32,816 nucleotides of DNA from an uncultured Clostridia bacterium (lineage in GTDB: Bacteria > Bacillota > Clostridia > Christensenellales > Aristaeellaceae), in the NCBI GenBank assembly GCA_904420265.1, contig CAJFUU010000191.1:1-32816 (forward strand). Reading direction: 5' to 3'. Made by a program: the position numbers and the translations under genes. Positions 15,090-23,998 of the stretch are shown here, piece after piece. Numbering within the stretch: the stretch's first letter is position 1; each line of letters starts with the position of its first letter. The notes beneath the pieces are model-generated. The model had not been told where the DNA came from and searched no databases. It worked only from the letters and a program-made list of their open reading frames with translations.

Positions 15090-17246
15090 ATGGCGGAATG
15101 GACATACCGACAGCGCATGGAGAGCCTGCGCAAGACCAAGCAGAAGCACACCTTTGCCAAGCGGGAACAGAAGGGGTATACCGACGAAGATGACTACGGA
15201 AACATACCGGTGCCGCCGGAGTTTTGTTTCCGCCCCCAGCCCAACAGCCCCAACGGAGGCATCTATGGCTACGACGGTCTTTCACGGGCGTTGGAAGGGA
15301 TGCTGGACGCCTATCCAATTTACGTCGATCCACTGGAGATGCTGTGCGGACGTTGGAGCAAGTTGTTGACCGATTACCGCGCCGACACGCGCTGGGATGA
15401 GGTGCGCTTTCCCTATGACGACCTCAAACCCCTGCAAGAGTTCTACGACATCACAAGCGGCCTGGACAACGAGGCGCACTGCACGCCGGACTTCCGTATC
15501 GGGTTGCGGCTGGGATTTGGGGGACTTTTGGAAAAGGTGCGCTTTTATCGTTGCCTTAACCCCGACCGCTCCGAATATTACGATGCCGAGGAGCGGGTGC
15601 TGTTGGCGATTCAGCGCTTCATCGGCCGTCACATCGAAAAGATCAAGGCCCTGTTGGCCGTCGAGGACCGGCCGGAGATTCGCGACAGCTTGCACCAGAT
15701 GCTCGTCGCCAATGAAAACATTGTTTCGCATCCGCCGGAGACGTTTTTGGAGGCCTGCCAGTGGACGGCATATTTTGCCAATGTCTCGCGCGCTTATAAC
15801 CGTGACGGCGCTGGCTATCAGCTCGACGTGGTGCTCACGCCGTATTACGAGCACGATGTGGCCGCGGGGACACTCGACGACGAGAAGGCGACCTTTATCC
15901 TGGCAAACCTGCTTTTAATCGACACGCGCTACTATCAGATTGCAGGGGTGGACGCCTTTGACCGGGACCAGACCTGCCGCCTGTCGTATTTGATTCTTGA
16001 GGCGGCGCACTGGCTGCGCGGCACGGCGAACCTGACGGTGCGCGTGCATGAAAACGTCTCGCGCGAGTTTTTGCGCACGGCAGTGACGTATTTGTTCCGT
16101 GACCGCTGCGCCTGGCCGCGTTTTTGCGGCGACGATGCGCTGGTCAAGGGCTTTTTGCAAAATCGCGGCGTGGACAAGCGCCTTGCCCGCGAGCGCGTCG
16201 CCTCGGGGTGTAACTGGCTGTGCGTGCCCGGGCGCGAATACTGCATCAACGACACGGTCAAAATCAACATCGCCCGCGTCTTTGACGTGGCCTTCCACGA
16301 TATGATGGACAGCCACAGCCAGCCTTCGACACAACTGCTCATGGATTACTTTCGCAGGCACCTTGAGCGCGCTGTGGACGTGACCGCGCGCGGCGTGGCG
16401 CTGCGCCTTGCGCATATCGAGCAAGTGCAGCCGGAGTTGCTGATCAACCTGCTCACCCATGGAAGCATAGAAAGCGGCACGGATATCTCGCGCTGCGCCC
16501 AGCTGCACACCATCGGCGTAGACGGCGCGGGCCTGGCCGTAGTAGCGGATTCGTTTGCCGCGCTGGAACAGCGTGTGGAGCGCGAACGGCTCGTTGGCTG
16601 GGAAGAGGTACATCAGGCGCTGCACGAGGACTTTGCCGGCATCCAGGGAGAGCGGCTGCGGCAAATGCTGGCCGCCTCCGAGCGGTACTGTCAGGGTGGA
16701 AGTCTGGGCGATCGCTGGGCGCGGCGCGTGACGGAGTGCTTTAGGCAACTGGTGCACAACCAGCCCATGCCGGAGGGCAGCCAGCTGGTGCCGGGCTGGT
16801 TCTCCTGGTCGCGCACGATTCTCTACGGCCAGCGCGTAGATGCCACGCCCAACGGCCGCCACGCTCATACGCCGATTTCCCACGGCGCCAACCCGGTTCC
16901 AGGATTTCGCAAAGACGGAGCCGTCACTGCGCAATCCACAGGCATCGCTTCGGTACAACTCAGCCTGGGCAATACCGCGCCTTTGCAACTGGAGTTCGAC
17001 CCCAGGATTTCCGAGGAGGAAGGCGGCATTGAACGCATTTTGCAACTGATTTTGCAGCATTTCCGCCTGGGAGGTACGCTGGTCAACATCAACGTGCTCG
17101 ATGGCGAGAAACTCCTGGCCGCACACAAAAACCCTGCGTTATATCCGGACTTGGTGGTGCGGGTGACGGGATTTACGGCCTATTTCGTCTCGCTTTCCAG
17201 GCAATTTCGCCAGCTCGTGGTGGATCGCTTCCTCAACGGCTTTTAG
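15090..17246 (+). CDS. Glycyl radical enzyme (PFL-like fold), short, with non-canonical Cys loop
   Basis: 718 aa. C-terminal glycyl-radical motif LVVRVTGFTAYFVSLSRQFRQLVVDR. Cys-loop region NRGVDKRLARERVASGCNWLCVPG. Other GRE-typical blocks: PETFLEACQW, DGAGYQLDVVLTPYY, HGANPVPGFRKDGAVTAQSTGIASV. Starts 4 nt after the activase stop. Confidence 0.9.
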   Translation: MAEWTYRQRMESLRKTKQKHTFAKREQKGYTDEDDYGNIPVPPEFCFRPQPNSPNGGIYGYDGLSRALEGMLDAYPIYVDPLEMLCGRWSKLLTDYRADTRWDEVRFPYDDLKPLQEFYDITSGLDNEAHCTPDFRIGLRLGFGGLLEKVRFYRCLNPDRSEYYDAEERVLLAIQRFIGRHIEKIKALLAVEDRPEIRDSLHQMLVANENIVSHPPETFLEACQWTAYFANVSRAYNRDGAGYQLDVVLTPYYEHDVAAGTLDDEKATFILANLLLIDTRYYQIAGVDAFDRDQTCRLSYLILEAAHWLRGTANLTVRVHENVSREFLRTAVTYLFRDRCAWPRFCGDDALVKGFLQNRGVDKRLARERVASGCNWLCVPGREYCINDTVKINIARVFDVAFHDMMDSHSQPSTQLLMDYFRRHLERAVDVTARGVALRLAHIEQVQPELLINLLTHGSIESGTDISRCAQLHTIGVDGAGLAVVADSFAALEQRVERERLVGWEEVHQALHEDFAGIQGERLRQMLAASERYCQGGSLGDRWARRVTECFRQLVHNQPMPEGSQLVPGWFSWSRTILYGQRVDATPNGRHAHTPISHGANPVPGFRKDGAVTAQSTGIASVQLSLGNTAPLQLEFDPRISEEEGGIERILQLILQHFRLGGTLVNINVLDGEKLLAAHKNPALYPDLVVRVTGFTAYFVSLSRQFRQLVVDRFLNGF

Positions 17247-17325
17247 ACGCGCGGAGCGGTTGGATCCGGCGATTTTTGGGTTAAAATCGTGTAATTATCA
17301 CCGCGCGATTGGATAATATTAATAC

Positions 17326-17354
17326 TTGTGTGGGGTCAAGGTTTGCGCTATAGT
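17326..17354 (+). promoter_or_regulatory. Putative sigma-A type promoter ahead of the gldA-like ABC module
   Basis: TTGTGT (17326-17331), 17-nt spacer, TATAGT (17349-17354), 47 nt upstream of the ATG at 17401. Sequence pattern only. Confidence 0.35.
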
Positions 17355-17400
17355 TAAATTACATGCAAGAACAAGAGAAAGTGGGAAAGGAGGCGTCCGC

Positions 17401-18351
17401 ATGATCGAAGTATCGGGCCTGAGCAAAAAATATGGCGACAAGACCGCGCTTGAGGACGTCAGCTTTTCCGTTGGCGAGGGCGAAATCGTCGGGCTGTTGG
17501 GGCTCAACGGCGCAGGCAAGAGCACGACCATGAACATCCTTGCCGGCTATATCGGCGCAACTTCCGGAGCGGTGCGCATTGCGGGGCTGGACATACTCGA
17601 GCAGGCGCGCGCGGTGCGGGCGCTGGTGGGCTATCTGCCCGAACAGCCGCCGCTGTATGGCGAGATGACGGTGACGGAGCAACTGCGTTTTGTCCACCGG
17701 CTCTATGGCCGGCGCGGAGACTGCGCGGCAAACATGGAAAGGGTCATGCATATGACCGGCATTTTTGAGGTGCGCGGTCGGCTCATTCGCAACCTGTCCA
17801 AGGGCTACCGCCAGCGTGTGGGCATCGCGCAGGCGATTCTGCCCCGCCCCAAAGTGCTGATTTTGGATGAGCCCAGCGTCGGGCTTGACCCGACGCAGGT
17901 CGTGGAAATGCGCGCCCTGATTCGCGAAGTGGCTCAGGACACCACGGTGATTTTGTCCTCGCACATCCTCTCAGAGGTGCAGGCGGTGTGCGGTCGGGTG
18001 TTGGTACTCAACCGCGGTCGCCTGATCGCGGACGACACGCCCGGACACCTGGCCGAGATTATGCATGGCAAACGCCGCGTTGCGGTGCGCGTATTGGGCG
18101 AAGAACAGGCCGTGCGCGCCGCTCTGGAGAGCATTGAAGCCGTGGCGTCGGTTACATGCGCGGGCCATAGAGAGCTGGGCACAGTGGATTTTGTTGTCGA
18201 AGGCGCGCAGGAGCGCGACGTGCGTGTGGATGTGTTTGAGGCGTTGGCGCGCGCTGGGCTGCCGCTTTTATGCACATACGGAAGCGAGTTATCGCTCGAG
18301 GAAGTCTTTTTGCGCCTGGTTGAAAGCGACGCGAAGGGAGGGACGGGATGA
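17401..18351 (+). CDS. ABC transporter ATP-binding protein (ABC-2/GldA-like)
   Basis: The ATG at 17401 follows GAAAGGAGG. The ORF-track start at 17326 overlaps the promoter region. Walker A GLNGAGKST, signature LSKGYRQR, Walker B VLILDEPSVGLD, H-loop SSHIL. Confidence 0.9.
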   Translation: MIEVSGLSKKYGDKTALEDVSFSVGEGEIVGLLGLNGAGKSTTMNILAGYIGATSGAVRIAGLDILEQARAVRALVGYLPEQPPLYGEMTVTEQLRFVHRLYGRRGDCAANMERVMHMTGIFEVRGRLIRNLSKGYRQRVGIAQAILPRPKVLILDEPSVGLDPTQVVEMRALIREVAQDTTVILSSHILSEVQAVCGRVLVLNRGRLIADDTPGHLAEIMHGKRRVAVRVLGEEQAVRAALESIEAVASVTCAGHRELGTVDFVVEGAQERDVRVDVFEALARAGLPLLCTYGSELSLEEVFLRLVESDAKGGTG

Positions 18352-19052
18352 GCGCGATCTTTCTGCGGGAAATCCGCGCTTATTTCAAGGCGCCGCTGGG
18401 CTATGTGTTTGTGGGCGCGACGTGTCTGTTTGCCGGACTGTACTTCTATGCCTACAACCTTTTTGGCGGGGCGGCCAGTCTCGACAGCCTGTTTTCGGCG
18501 CTATTTTCGGTGGAACTTTTTCTCATTCCCATCCTGACGATGCGCCTGCTTAGCGAGGAGCGGCGCCAGAAGACCGATCAGCTCTTGCTCACTTCTCCTG
18601 TCAGCGGTATGGGAATCATCCTGGGCAAATATCTGGCGGCAATGGCTGTGTTTGCGCTCGCGGCTGGGGTGACGCTGCTGGACGCGGCGGTTCTTGACGC
18701 GTTTGCGCGCGTGAACTGGAAATTGACGCTGGGGAGTTACGCAGGTCTGGTACTCTTTGGCGCGGCGCTGGTGGCGATCTGCCTGTTTCTCTCGTCGTTG
18801 ACCGAAAGCCAGTTAATCGCGGCAGTAAGCGGTTTTTCGGTAAGTCTGTTGGTAATTCTGCTGGATACGCTGGCGCCGATTCTGGATAACGCCGTTCTCA
18901 AGGCCCTGTGCGGCTATTTGAATTTCGCCTCCCGCTATGCGCCGTTCACCTATGGCGTGTTCGCATTGGAAAACGTGATATTCTTTCTAAGCATTGCAGG
19001 ACTGTTTCTCTACCTGACGACAGCGCGGATGGAGCGCAGGAGGTGGAGCTGA
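18348..19052 (+). CDS. ABC-2 type transporter permease (GldF-like)
   Basis: 234 aa, about six hydrophobic helices. Starts MSAIFLREIRAYFKAPLGYVF, typical of ABC-2 permeases. 4-nt overlap with the ATPase gene. Confidence 0.8.
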   Translation: MSAIFLREIRAYFKAPLGYVFVGATCLFAGLYFYAYNLFGGAASLDSLFSALFSVELFLIPILTMRLLSEERRQKTDQLLLTSPVSGMGIILGKYLAAMAVFALAAGVTLLDAAVLDAFARVNWKLTLGSYAGLVLFGAALVAICLFLSSLTESQLIAAVSGFSVSLLVILLDTLAPILDNAVLKALCGYLNFASRYAPFTYGVFALENVIFFLSIAGLFLYLTTARMERRRWS

Positions 19053-19053
19053 G

Positions 19054-20487
19054 ATGAAAAGACGCAACGCCTTTGCCCTCGCGCGCCGTCTGCACGTTTT
19101 GCAGGTGCTGCTGGCGATTCTGTTGGTCATAGCAATCAACGTAGCGGTGGCGGCGCTCGCGCGGCGGTACCCTTTGCGACTGGATCTGACGGCCAATGCC
19201 CGCTATGAGCTTTCCGAGGAAAGCCGCAGTTTTCTCTCCTCGCTGGACAAGAAAATTCATATCTACGTACTGGCCGACGAGGAGGAATATGCGCGCGCCT
19301 CGACCTACACCACTTACGCCGCCACGCTGCTTGCCCAGTATCCTCTCTACGCAGATATAGAACTCACTTACGTCGATTTTGCCGCCGATCCTACTTTTGC
19401 TGCGCGCTATCCCGAGATACAGCTCGCGCAAAACGGCATTGTGGTCGAGTGCGAAGGCAGGGCGGTGGCGCTGGAAACCAGCGACCTGTTCGAATACAGC
19501 TATTCCGCAGCCAATGAAATCCAGGTCAGCGCCGTGGGTGAAGCGCAGCTTGCCGCGGCGATCGCTGGCGTACTCAATCCGGTGCGCGCGCATGCGACAG
19601 TGCTGGTAGACAACGACGCGCAGCCGGTCGAGGCGTTCACGGAACTTTTGAGGGCCAACGGCTTTGCAGTGAGCGAGGGTTCCCTGGCGTTGGGCAACGT
19701 GGACGCAGCGTGCGACATGCTGATTTTGGTCGCGCCTATGAGCGACTTCACGCAGGAACAGGTTTCCGCGCTGGAGGCATGGCTGGTCAACGGCGGCGAG
19801 TATGGCCGCACGCTGTTTTACGCCGCCGACGTTTCGCAGCCGGAGCTTCCCAACCTGGAGAACTTCTTGCGCGAATGGGGCGTGAGCGTGGATGACGGCG
19901 CGGTGTTTGAAACTTCTGCCGAGCGCACCAGTCAGAACCAGCCCTTCTTCGCCACAGTGGAGATCGACGACGAGGCGCTTGCCGGAGAACTTGCGCAGGA
20001 AAGCATGCCCATCGTCGCGCCGATGGCGCGCCCGCTGACGGTGCGCTTTGCCTTCCAGGAAAGTTACAGCACCCAGACGATTCTCTCATTTTCCGAGACA
20101 AGCGGCGTTCGTCCCTCCGACGCGTCCCAGGACTTTTCCGCTGCGGACGCTCAGCGCCGCGGGCCGATTCCGGCGCTGGTGTGCGCCTCTTTGGCACCTG
20201 ACGGCGCAAAGGCCTCGCGCATTTATGTCAGCGGTTCGGCCTCGCTTTTGGACAGTACAATTCTTGAGGGTAACGCCTTCCTCAACCGCCGCTTTTTGTC
20301 AACGCTGCTTTCGCCGACGACGCAGGGGGCGAGCCTGCCCAACTTCGTAAGCAAGCAGATCAGCGACGAGCGCGTCTACATTCCCTCCGCAACTGCCAAT
20401 ACGCTGGGTATAGCGTTGGCGATTGTGTTGCCGCTGGCGCTGATTGCGGCGGGGTTGACATTCTTCCTGCGAAGGAGACGGCTGTAA
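19054..20487 (+). CDS. GldG-like ABC-transport auxiliary protein (ABC_transp_aux family)
   Basis: 477 aa. N-terminal and C-terminal TM anchors (LLAILLVIAINVAVAAL; LGIALAIVLPLALIAAGLTFFL). LDLTANARYELSEESRSFLSSLDKKIHIYVL matches the GldG family opening. Its position after the GldA/GldF-like genes also fits. Confidence 0.7.
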   Translation: MKRRNAFALARRLHVLQVLLAILLVIAINVAVAALARRYPLRLDLTANARYELSEESRSFLSSLDKKIHIYVLADEEEYARASTYTTYAATLLAQYPLYADIELTYVDFAADPTFAARYPEIQLAQNGIVVECEGRAVALETSDLFEYSYSAANEIQVSAVGEAQLAAAIAGVLNPVRAHATVLVDNDAQPVEAFTELLRANGFAVSEGSLALGNVDAACDMLILVAPMSDFTQEQVSALEAWLVNGGEYGRTLFYAADVSQPELPNLENFLREWGVSVDDGAVFETSAERTSQNQPFFATVEIDDEALAGELAQESMPIVAPMARPLTVRFAFQESYSTQTILSFSETSGVRPSDASQDFSAADAQRRGPIPALVCASLAPDGAKASRIYVSGSASLLDSTILEGNAFLNRRFLSTLLSPTTQGASLPNFVSKQISDERVYIPSATANTLGIALAIVLPLALIAAGLTFFLRRRRL

Positions 20488-21896
20488 TGACCAGACAGGT
20501 TCGAAGGCTGATTTTTACGGCTGCGGCATTGGTGGTCGTAGCGGCGGCGGGATGGCTGCTTTTGCGTCAGGGCGAGCAAAAACAGCAAGCAGCGCAGCCG
20601 CAAGGGCGCACGCTGGGTTTTGGCGCGGTCGAGCAGGTGCGCATAAGCAATGCGGAGGGGGAATATGTCCTCGCCTCGCAGGGCGTGGATGTGTTGCCCG
20701 AGGGACTGGCCGCGGACGAGTTGACGGCACTGACAATGGAAGCGCTCGCGTCGTTTGCGGTAGGACAGAGCATCAACGCCGATGTGGACGCGGCGCTCTA
20801 CGGCCTGGAAGAGCCAAATGTGGATGCGACGATTCTCTACGCCTCTGGGCAAAGCCTTCGCGTGCGGCTGGGGAAGCGTGAAAGCGTCAGCGGCGACTAC
20901 TACTGCCGTTTTGACGACGAGACGGAGATATACCTACTCAGCCAGGATATCGCCGAGCGGCTGTTGCTTTCGCCCGAGGATTACATTTCCCTGCAAATTA
21001 CGCCTGCTTGCCGCACACAAACTTCGCTTTCGGCGGTAACGGACGCACGCCTTTATACGCCGCAGGGAGAGATATCCATTCGCTCCTGCGCCAATCCCGA
21101 CGAAGAGACGCGCTTGGAAATGCTCTCCTTTGGCGCTGTGACCCACTTGGTCGACGGGCCGGGTATCGTACACGAAATGGATCGCACCTATGGACAGGAG
21201 ATTTTTGACGCTCTGTTTAACCTCTGCGCCACCGAGGTAGTCGCCTACGGGCTGGACGAAGCGGGGCTCGCGCAGATGGGATTTGACCAGCCGGATGCGG
21301 CGGCGGAGTTTTTCATGCGCAATGGCGAAGAGCCGGATACGCCCGAGGAGCGCTGGGTTCTGCGCGTGGTCTTTGAGGATGGAGAGAACGCCTTGATCAC
21401 AGCAAATGACAGCGGCGTGGTCTATCGCGCGCCGCGGCCGGCGTTTGCAAGCGCCCAGTACGAGCAGTTGGTGATGCGCTGGTTTGTCTCGCCTTTGATG
21501 ACGGATTTGCGCGCGCTCTGCGTAGAGATTGACGGGCTTGAGCGCGTCTACGAAATCGGCGGCAGCGCCGCGCAGCCGGAAATTTACTGTGAGGGCAAGG
21601 CGATCGACCTTACGCGGTTTCGTTCGTTTTACACGTTGGCCGTCAGCGCCGCCAGCAACGGCGACTATATGGGAATTGCGCAGCCGCAGGGTGAACCGGT
21701 GCTGACGCTGCGCTATCGCTATAAAGACGAGCAAAAGGCAGACGACGTCCTGGAGATGTACGCAATGGACGCGCGTACGTTGTTGGTGTCTGTCAATTCG
21801 GTAGCAGAATTTGCGATGCGTCGAAACTATGCCGACGTATTCATGCAGGCGATTGAGGCGCTGGAAACGGGCGGGGAGATCGCGCAGACCTGGTAA
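20487..21896 (+). CDS. DUF4340-like membrane-anchored protein
   Basis: 469 aa with a single N-terminal TM (LIFTAAALVVVAAAGWLLL). The start overlaps the gldG-like stop (TAATG). The call rests mainly on the conserved position downstream of gldG-like genes. No catalytic motif recognised. Confidence 0.5.
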   Translation: MTRQVRRLIFTAAALVVVAAAGWLLLRQGEQKQQAAQPQGRTLGFGAVEQVRISNAEGEYVLASQGVDVLPEGLAADELTALTMEALASFAVGQSINADVDAALYGLEEPNVDATILYASGQSLRVRLGKRESVSGDYYCRFDDETEIYLLSQDIAERLLLSPEDYISLQITPACRTQTSLSAVTDARLYTPQGEISIRSCANPDEETRLEMLSFGAVTHLVDGPGIVHEMDRTYGQEIFDALFNLCATEVVAYGLDEAGLAQMGFDQPDAAAEFFMRNGEEPDTPEERWVLRVVFEDGENALITANDSGVVYRAPRPAFASAQYEQLVMRWFVSPLMTDLRALCVEIDGLERVYEIGGSAAQPEIYCEGKAIDLTRFRSFYTLAVSAASNGDYMGIAQPQGEPVLTLRYRYKDEQKADDVLEMYAMDARTLLVSVNSVAEFAMRRNYADVFMQAIEALETGGEIAQTW

Positions 21897-21927
21897 AGAT
21901 ACGCAGACAAACTGGAGGGACAAAAGC

Positions 21928-22863
21928 ATGAAGGTAGGGCTGTATTCGATTTCGTATTCGGGTACCTGGTATGCCGACAAGCCGGCGTTGACAGTCGAGG
22001 AAGTGATCGACCGGGCGGCGCTGTATGGCTATGACGGCGTGGAGATCGACCTCAAGCGACCGCACGGCTCGCCCATCGACCTGGACGAGGCGCGCTGTGG
22101 GCAGATTCGCGACTACGCGCGTTCCAAGGGAATTGAAATCTGCGGCGTGGCGGCCAACAACAACTTCGCCTCGCCCGTGGCAGAGCAGATGGAAAACGAG
22201 TTGCTCATGGTCAAGGAGCAGATACGCGTCGCGCGTCAATTGGGCGCGCCGGTTCTGCGGCTGTTTGCAGCCTGGCCAGGCGTCACCTATCGCAATGGCA
22301 TTGCTACTTATGAAGAAACGCGCAAAATGCATCACTTCTATGGAAGCCTCGATTATGAAATCCGCATTCGCGTTACGCAGTGCTTCCGCGAGTGCGCCAA
22401 GTGGGCGCAGGAGGCGGGGATTATATTGGCATTGCAAAATCATGAGCCAGTAATTCGCAGCTATAACGATATGCTGGACTTTGTTCGCTGGGTGGACTCG
22501 CCCAACTTCAAGTGCTGCCTGGACGCACCCAATTGCGGGCTGAGCGAGCGCACGCAGAGCGACGAATATCTTACCCGCGCGGTGCGCGAGGTTGGCGACA
22601 AACAGATGATTACCCACGCCAACGGCGAGCTGCGCGAGGAAAACGGCCAGGTCGTCATGTTCCCCTACGAGACAAGCAATCCCATTTATCCCAACTATCG
22701 CGCCTTCATTCGCGCGCTCAAGCAAGTGGGATATCAGGGCTATATCAACTACGAATTCTGCCACATGCCTTTTTATGACGGAAAGGTGCTTGGATTTGAT
22801 TATGTAGACAATCAGGTGCGCCTGGCGCAGCGGTACTTCCGTGATTTGATTGCGCAGGCCTGA
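21928..22863 (+). CDS. Sugar phosphate isomerase/epimerase (xylose-isomerase-like TIM barrel) 1
   Basis: The ATG at 21928 follows GGAGGG. 311 aa. AP_endonuc_2-type layout: YGYDGVEIDL, GIEICGVAANNNF, LGAPVLRLFA, ILALQNHE, and the C-terminal YQGYINYEF metal-site strand. Confidence 0.8.
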   Translation: MKVGLYSISYSGTWYADKPALTVEEVIDRAALYGYDGVEIDLKRPHGSPIDLDEARCGQIRDYARSKGIEICGVAANNNFASPVAEQMENELLMVKEQIRVARQLGAPVLRLFAAWPGVTYRNGIATYEETRKMHHFYGSLDYEIRIRVTQCFRECAKWAQEAGIILALQNHEPVIRSYNDMLDFVRWVDSPNFKCCLDAPNCGLSERTQSDEYLTRAVREVGDKQMITHANGELREENGQVVMFPYETSNPIYPNYRAFIRALKQVGYQGYINYEFCHMPFYDGKVLGFDYVDNQVRLAQRYFRDLIAQA

Positions 22864-22909
22864 GGATGTACTTCAAGCGGAAATGCTTAGAAAAAAAGGA
22901 GGAACCCCA

Positions 22910-23953
22910 ATGAAGAAGATGCTTGTAACCCTGCTGGCTTGCGCGCTTATACTCTGCAGCGTTGCCGGCGCCGAATCGACCTCTGTGCGCGTCGCCTCCC
23001 ACAACGCGGTAGTGGAAGGCAACGCCTACCGCGTTCAGTACGAGCTGGACATTCAGGATGCGGCTGAGGCCGCGGCCGAGTATGGCTTTGATGTGTCCTA
23101 CTCGTCGTTTGTGGCCAACAACGACCCCTCTCTCGAAAGCCAGATGCTCGAGCAGAGCATCAACGAGGGCTATGACATCATCCTGATTGACCCCGTGGCT
23201 CCCACAGGACTCGACCCGATCATCGAGAAAGCCAGAGACGCGGGCATCTACTGGCTCAACTGCGACTGCGAGTACTACTCCGACGAGATTATCAACGTCT
23301 GCCTGGATCAGTATCAATGGGCGTATGACGGCGCGAAGTGGCTGGCCGAAGAACTGGGCGAGGGCGCAAAAATCGTCGTCTTTGACGCCACGGATGGCAA
23401 CGCCGCCAACGAGCAGCGCGAGCAGGCTTTCAATGATGTCATTGAGGAGTACAACCTCGAAGTAGTTAAGCGCGTCAACCACAACTGGAACGCGGCGCTT
23501 GCGCAGCAGCTGATGACCGAGATTATCAACTCCGGCGTCGAGTATGACGGCATCCTGTGCTCGAACCAGGCGTTCTTCATTTTCAATGCCCTGGACGAGG
23601 CGGGCGCGGACTATCCCAAGGCCATCGCCCTGGACGACCACACCGGCTGGGCGCAGAACATGCTTACCATCAACCAGGACGAGGAAGTCATGCCCTATCT
23701 GTTCATCAGCAACACGCCTGGCGTGGGCGCTATCGCGCTCAACATCGGCCTGGGTCTGCTCAGCGGCGGCGAACTGCGCGACGATATCTATGGCAATCCC
23801 GACTACAACTCCATCTACATCGCCTCAACGTTCCAGTTTTCCTATGAAAACCAGGAGGACTATCGCGACTATATGATGGCGCTGGGCACCAACAACAAGG
23901 CCACTTTCTGGTACGACTATGAAGAGTGCCAGGAACGCTACTTTGTTTCCTGA
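22910..23953 (+). CDS. Sugar ABC transporter substrate-binding protein (periplasmic-binding-protein type I, RbsB-like), secreted/lipoprotein
   Basis: The ATG at 22910 follows AAGGAGG. Signal peptide MKKMLVTLLACALILCSVAGA, with a possible LLAC lipobox. PBP-I type body (GYDIILIDPV, KARDAGIYWLN, KIVVFDATDGNAANEQRE). Confidence 0.8.
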   Translation: MKKMLVTLLACALILCSVAGAESTSVRVASHNAVVEGNAYRVQYELDIQDAAEAAAEYGFDVSYSSFVANNDPSLESQMLEQSINEGYDIILIDPVAPTGLDPIIEKARDAGIYWLNCDCEYYSDEIINVCLDQYQWAYDGAKWLAEELGEGAKIVVFDATDGNAANEQREQAFNDVIEEYNLEVVKRVNHNWNAALAQQLMTEIINSGVEYDGILCSNQAFFIFNALDEAGADYPKAIALDDHTGWAQNMLTINQDEEVMPYLFISNTPGVGAIALNIGLGLLSGGELRDDIYGNPDYNSIYIASTFQFSYENQEDYRDYMMALGTNNKATFWYDYEECQERYFVS

Positions 23954-23962
23954 AGTCAATCT

Positions 23963-23998
23963 GGCCATCCCTGCCGAAAGCCGTCGGCAGGGATGGCC
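23963..23998 (+). other. Perfect 14-bp-stem hairpin directly after the binding-protein gene (intercistronic stabiliser/attenuator candidate)
   Basis: GGCCATCCCTGCCG (23963-23976) pairs perfectly with CGGCAGGGATGGCC (23985-23998), with an 8-nt loop. No U tract follows. A weaker 7-bp hairpin (CGCCATG/CATGGCG, 24043-24059) follows, then GTGTTTG. Confidence 0.5.

Noticed and set aside
15915-17126. 403-aa minus-strand ORF antisense to the GRE
   Set aside because: Same reasoning. The plus frame carries the unmistakable glycyl-radical and Cys-loop motifs, and the antisense translation is low-complexity Arg/Ala/Gln-rich.
23195-23225. GGACTCGA string inside the binding-protein gene that resembles the tRNA T-arm segment (possible att repeat)
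   Set aside because: The match is only about 8 nt, lies in frame within a well-supported CDS, and diverges immediately (CCCG versus ACCG). Coincidental.
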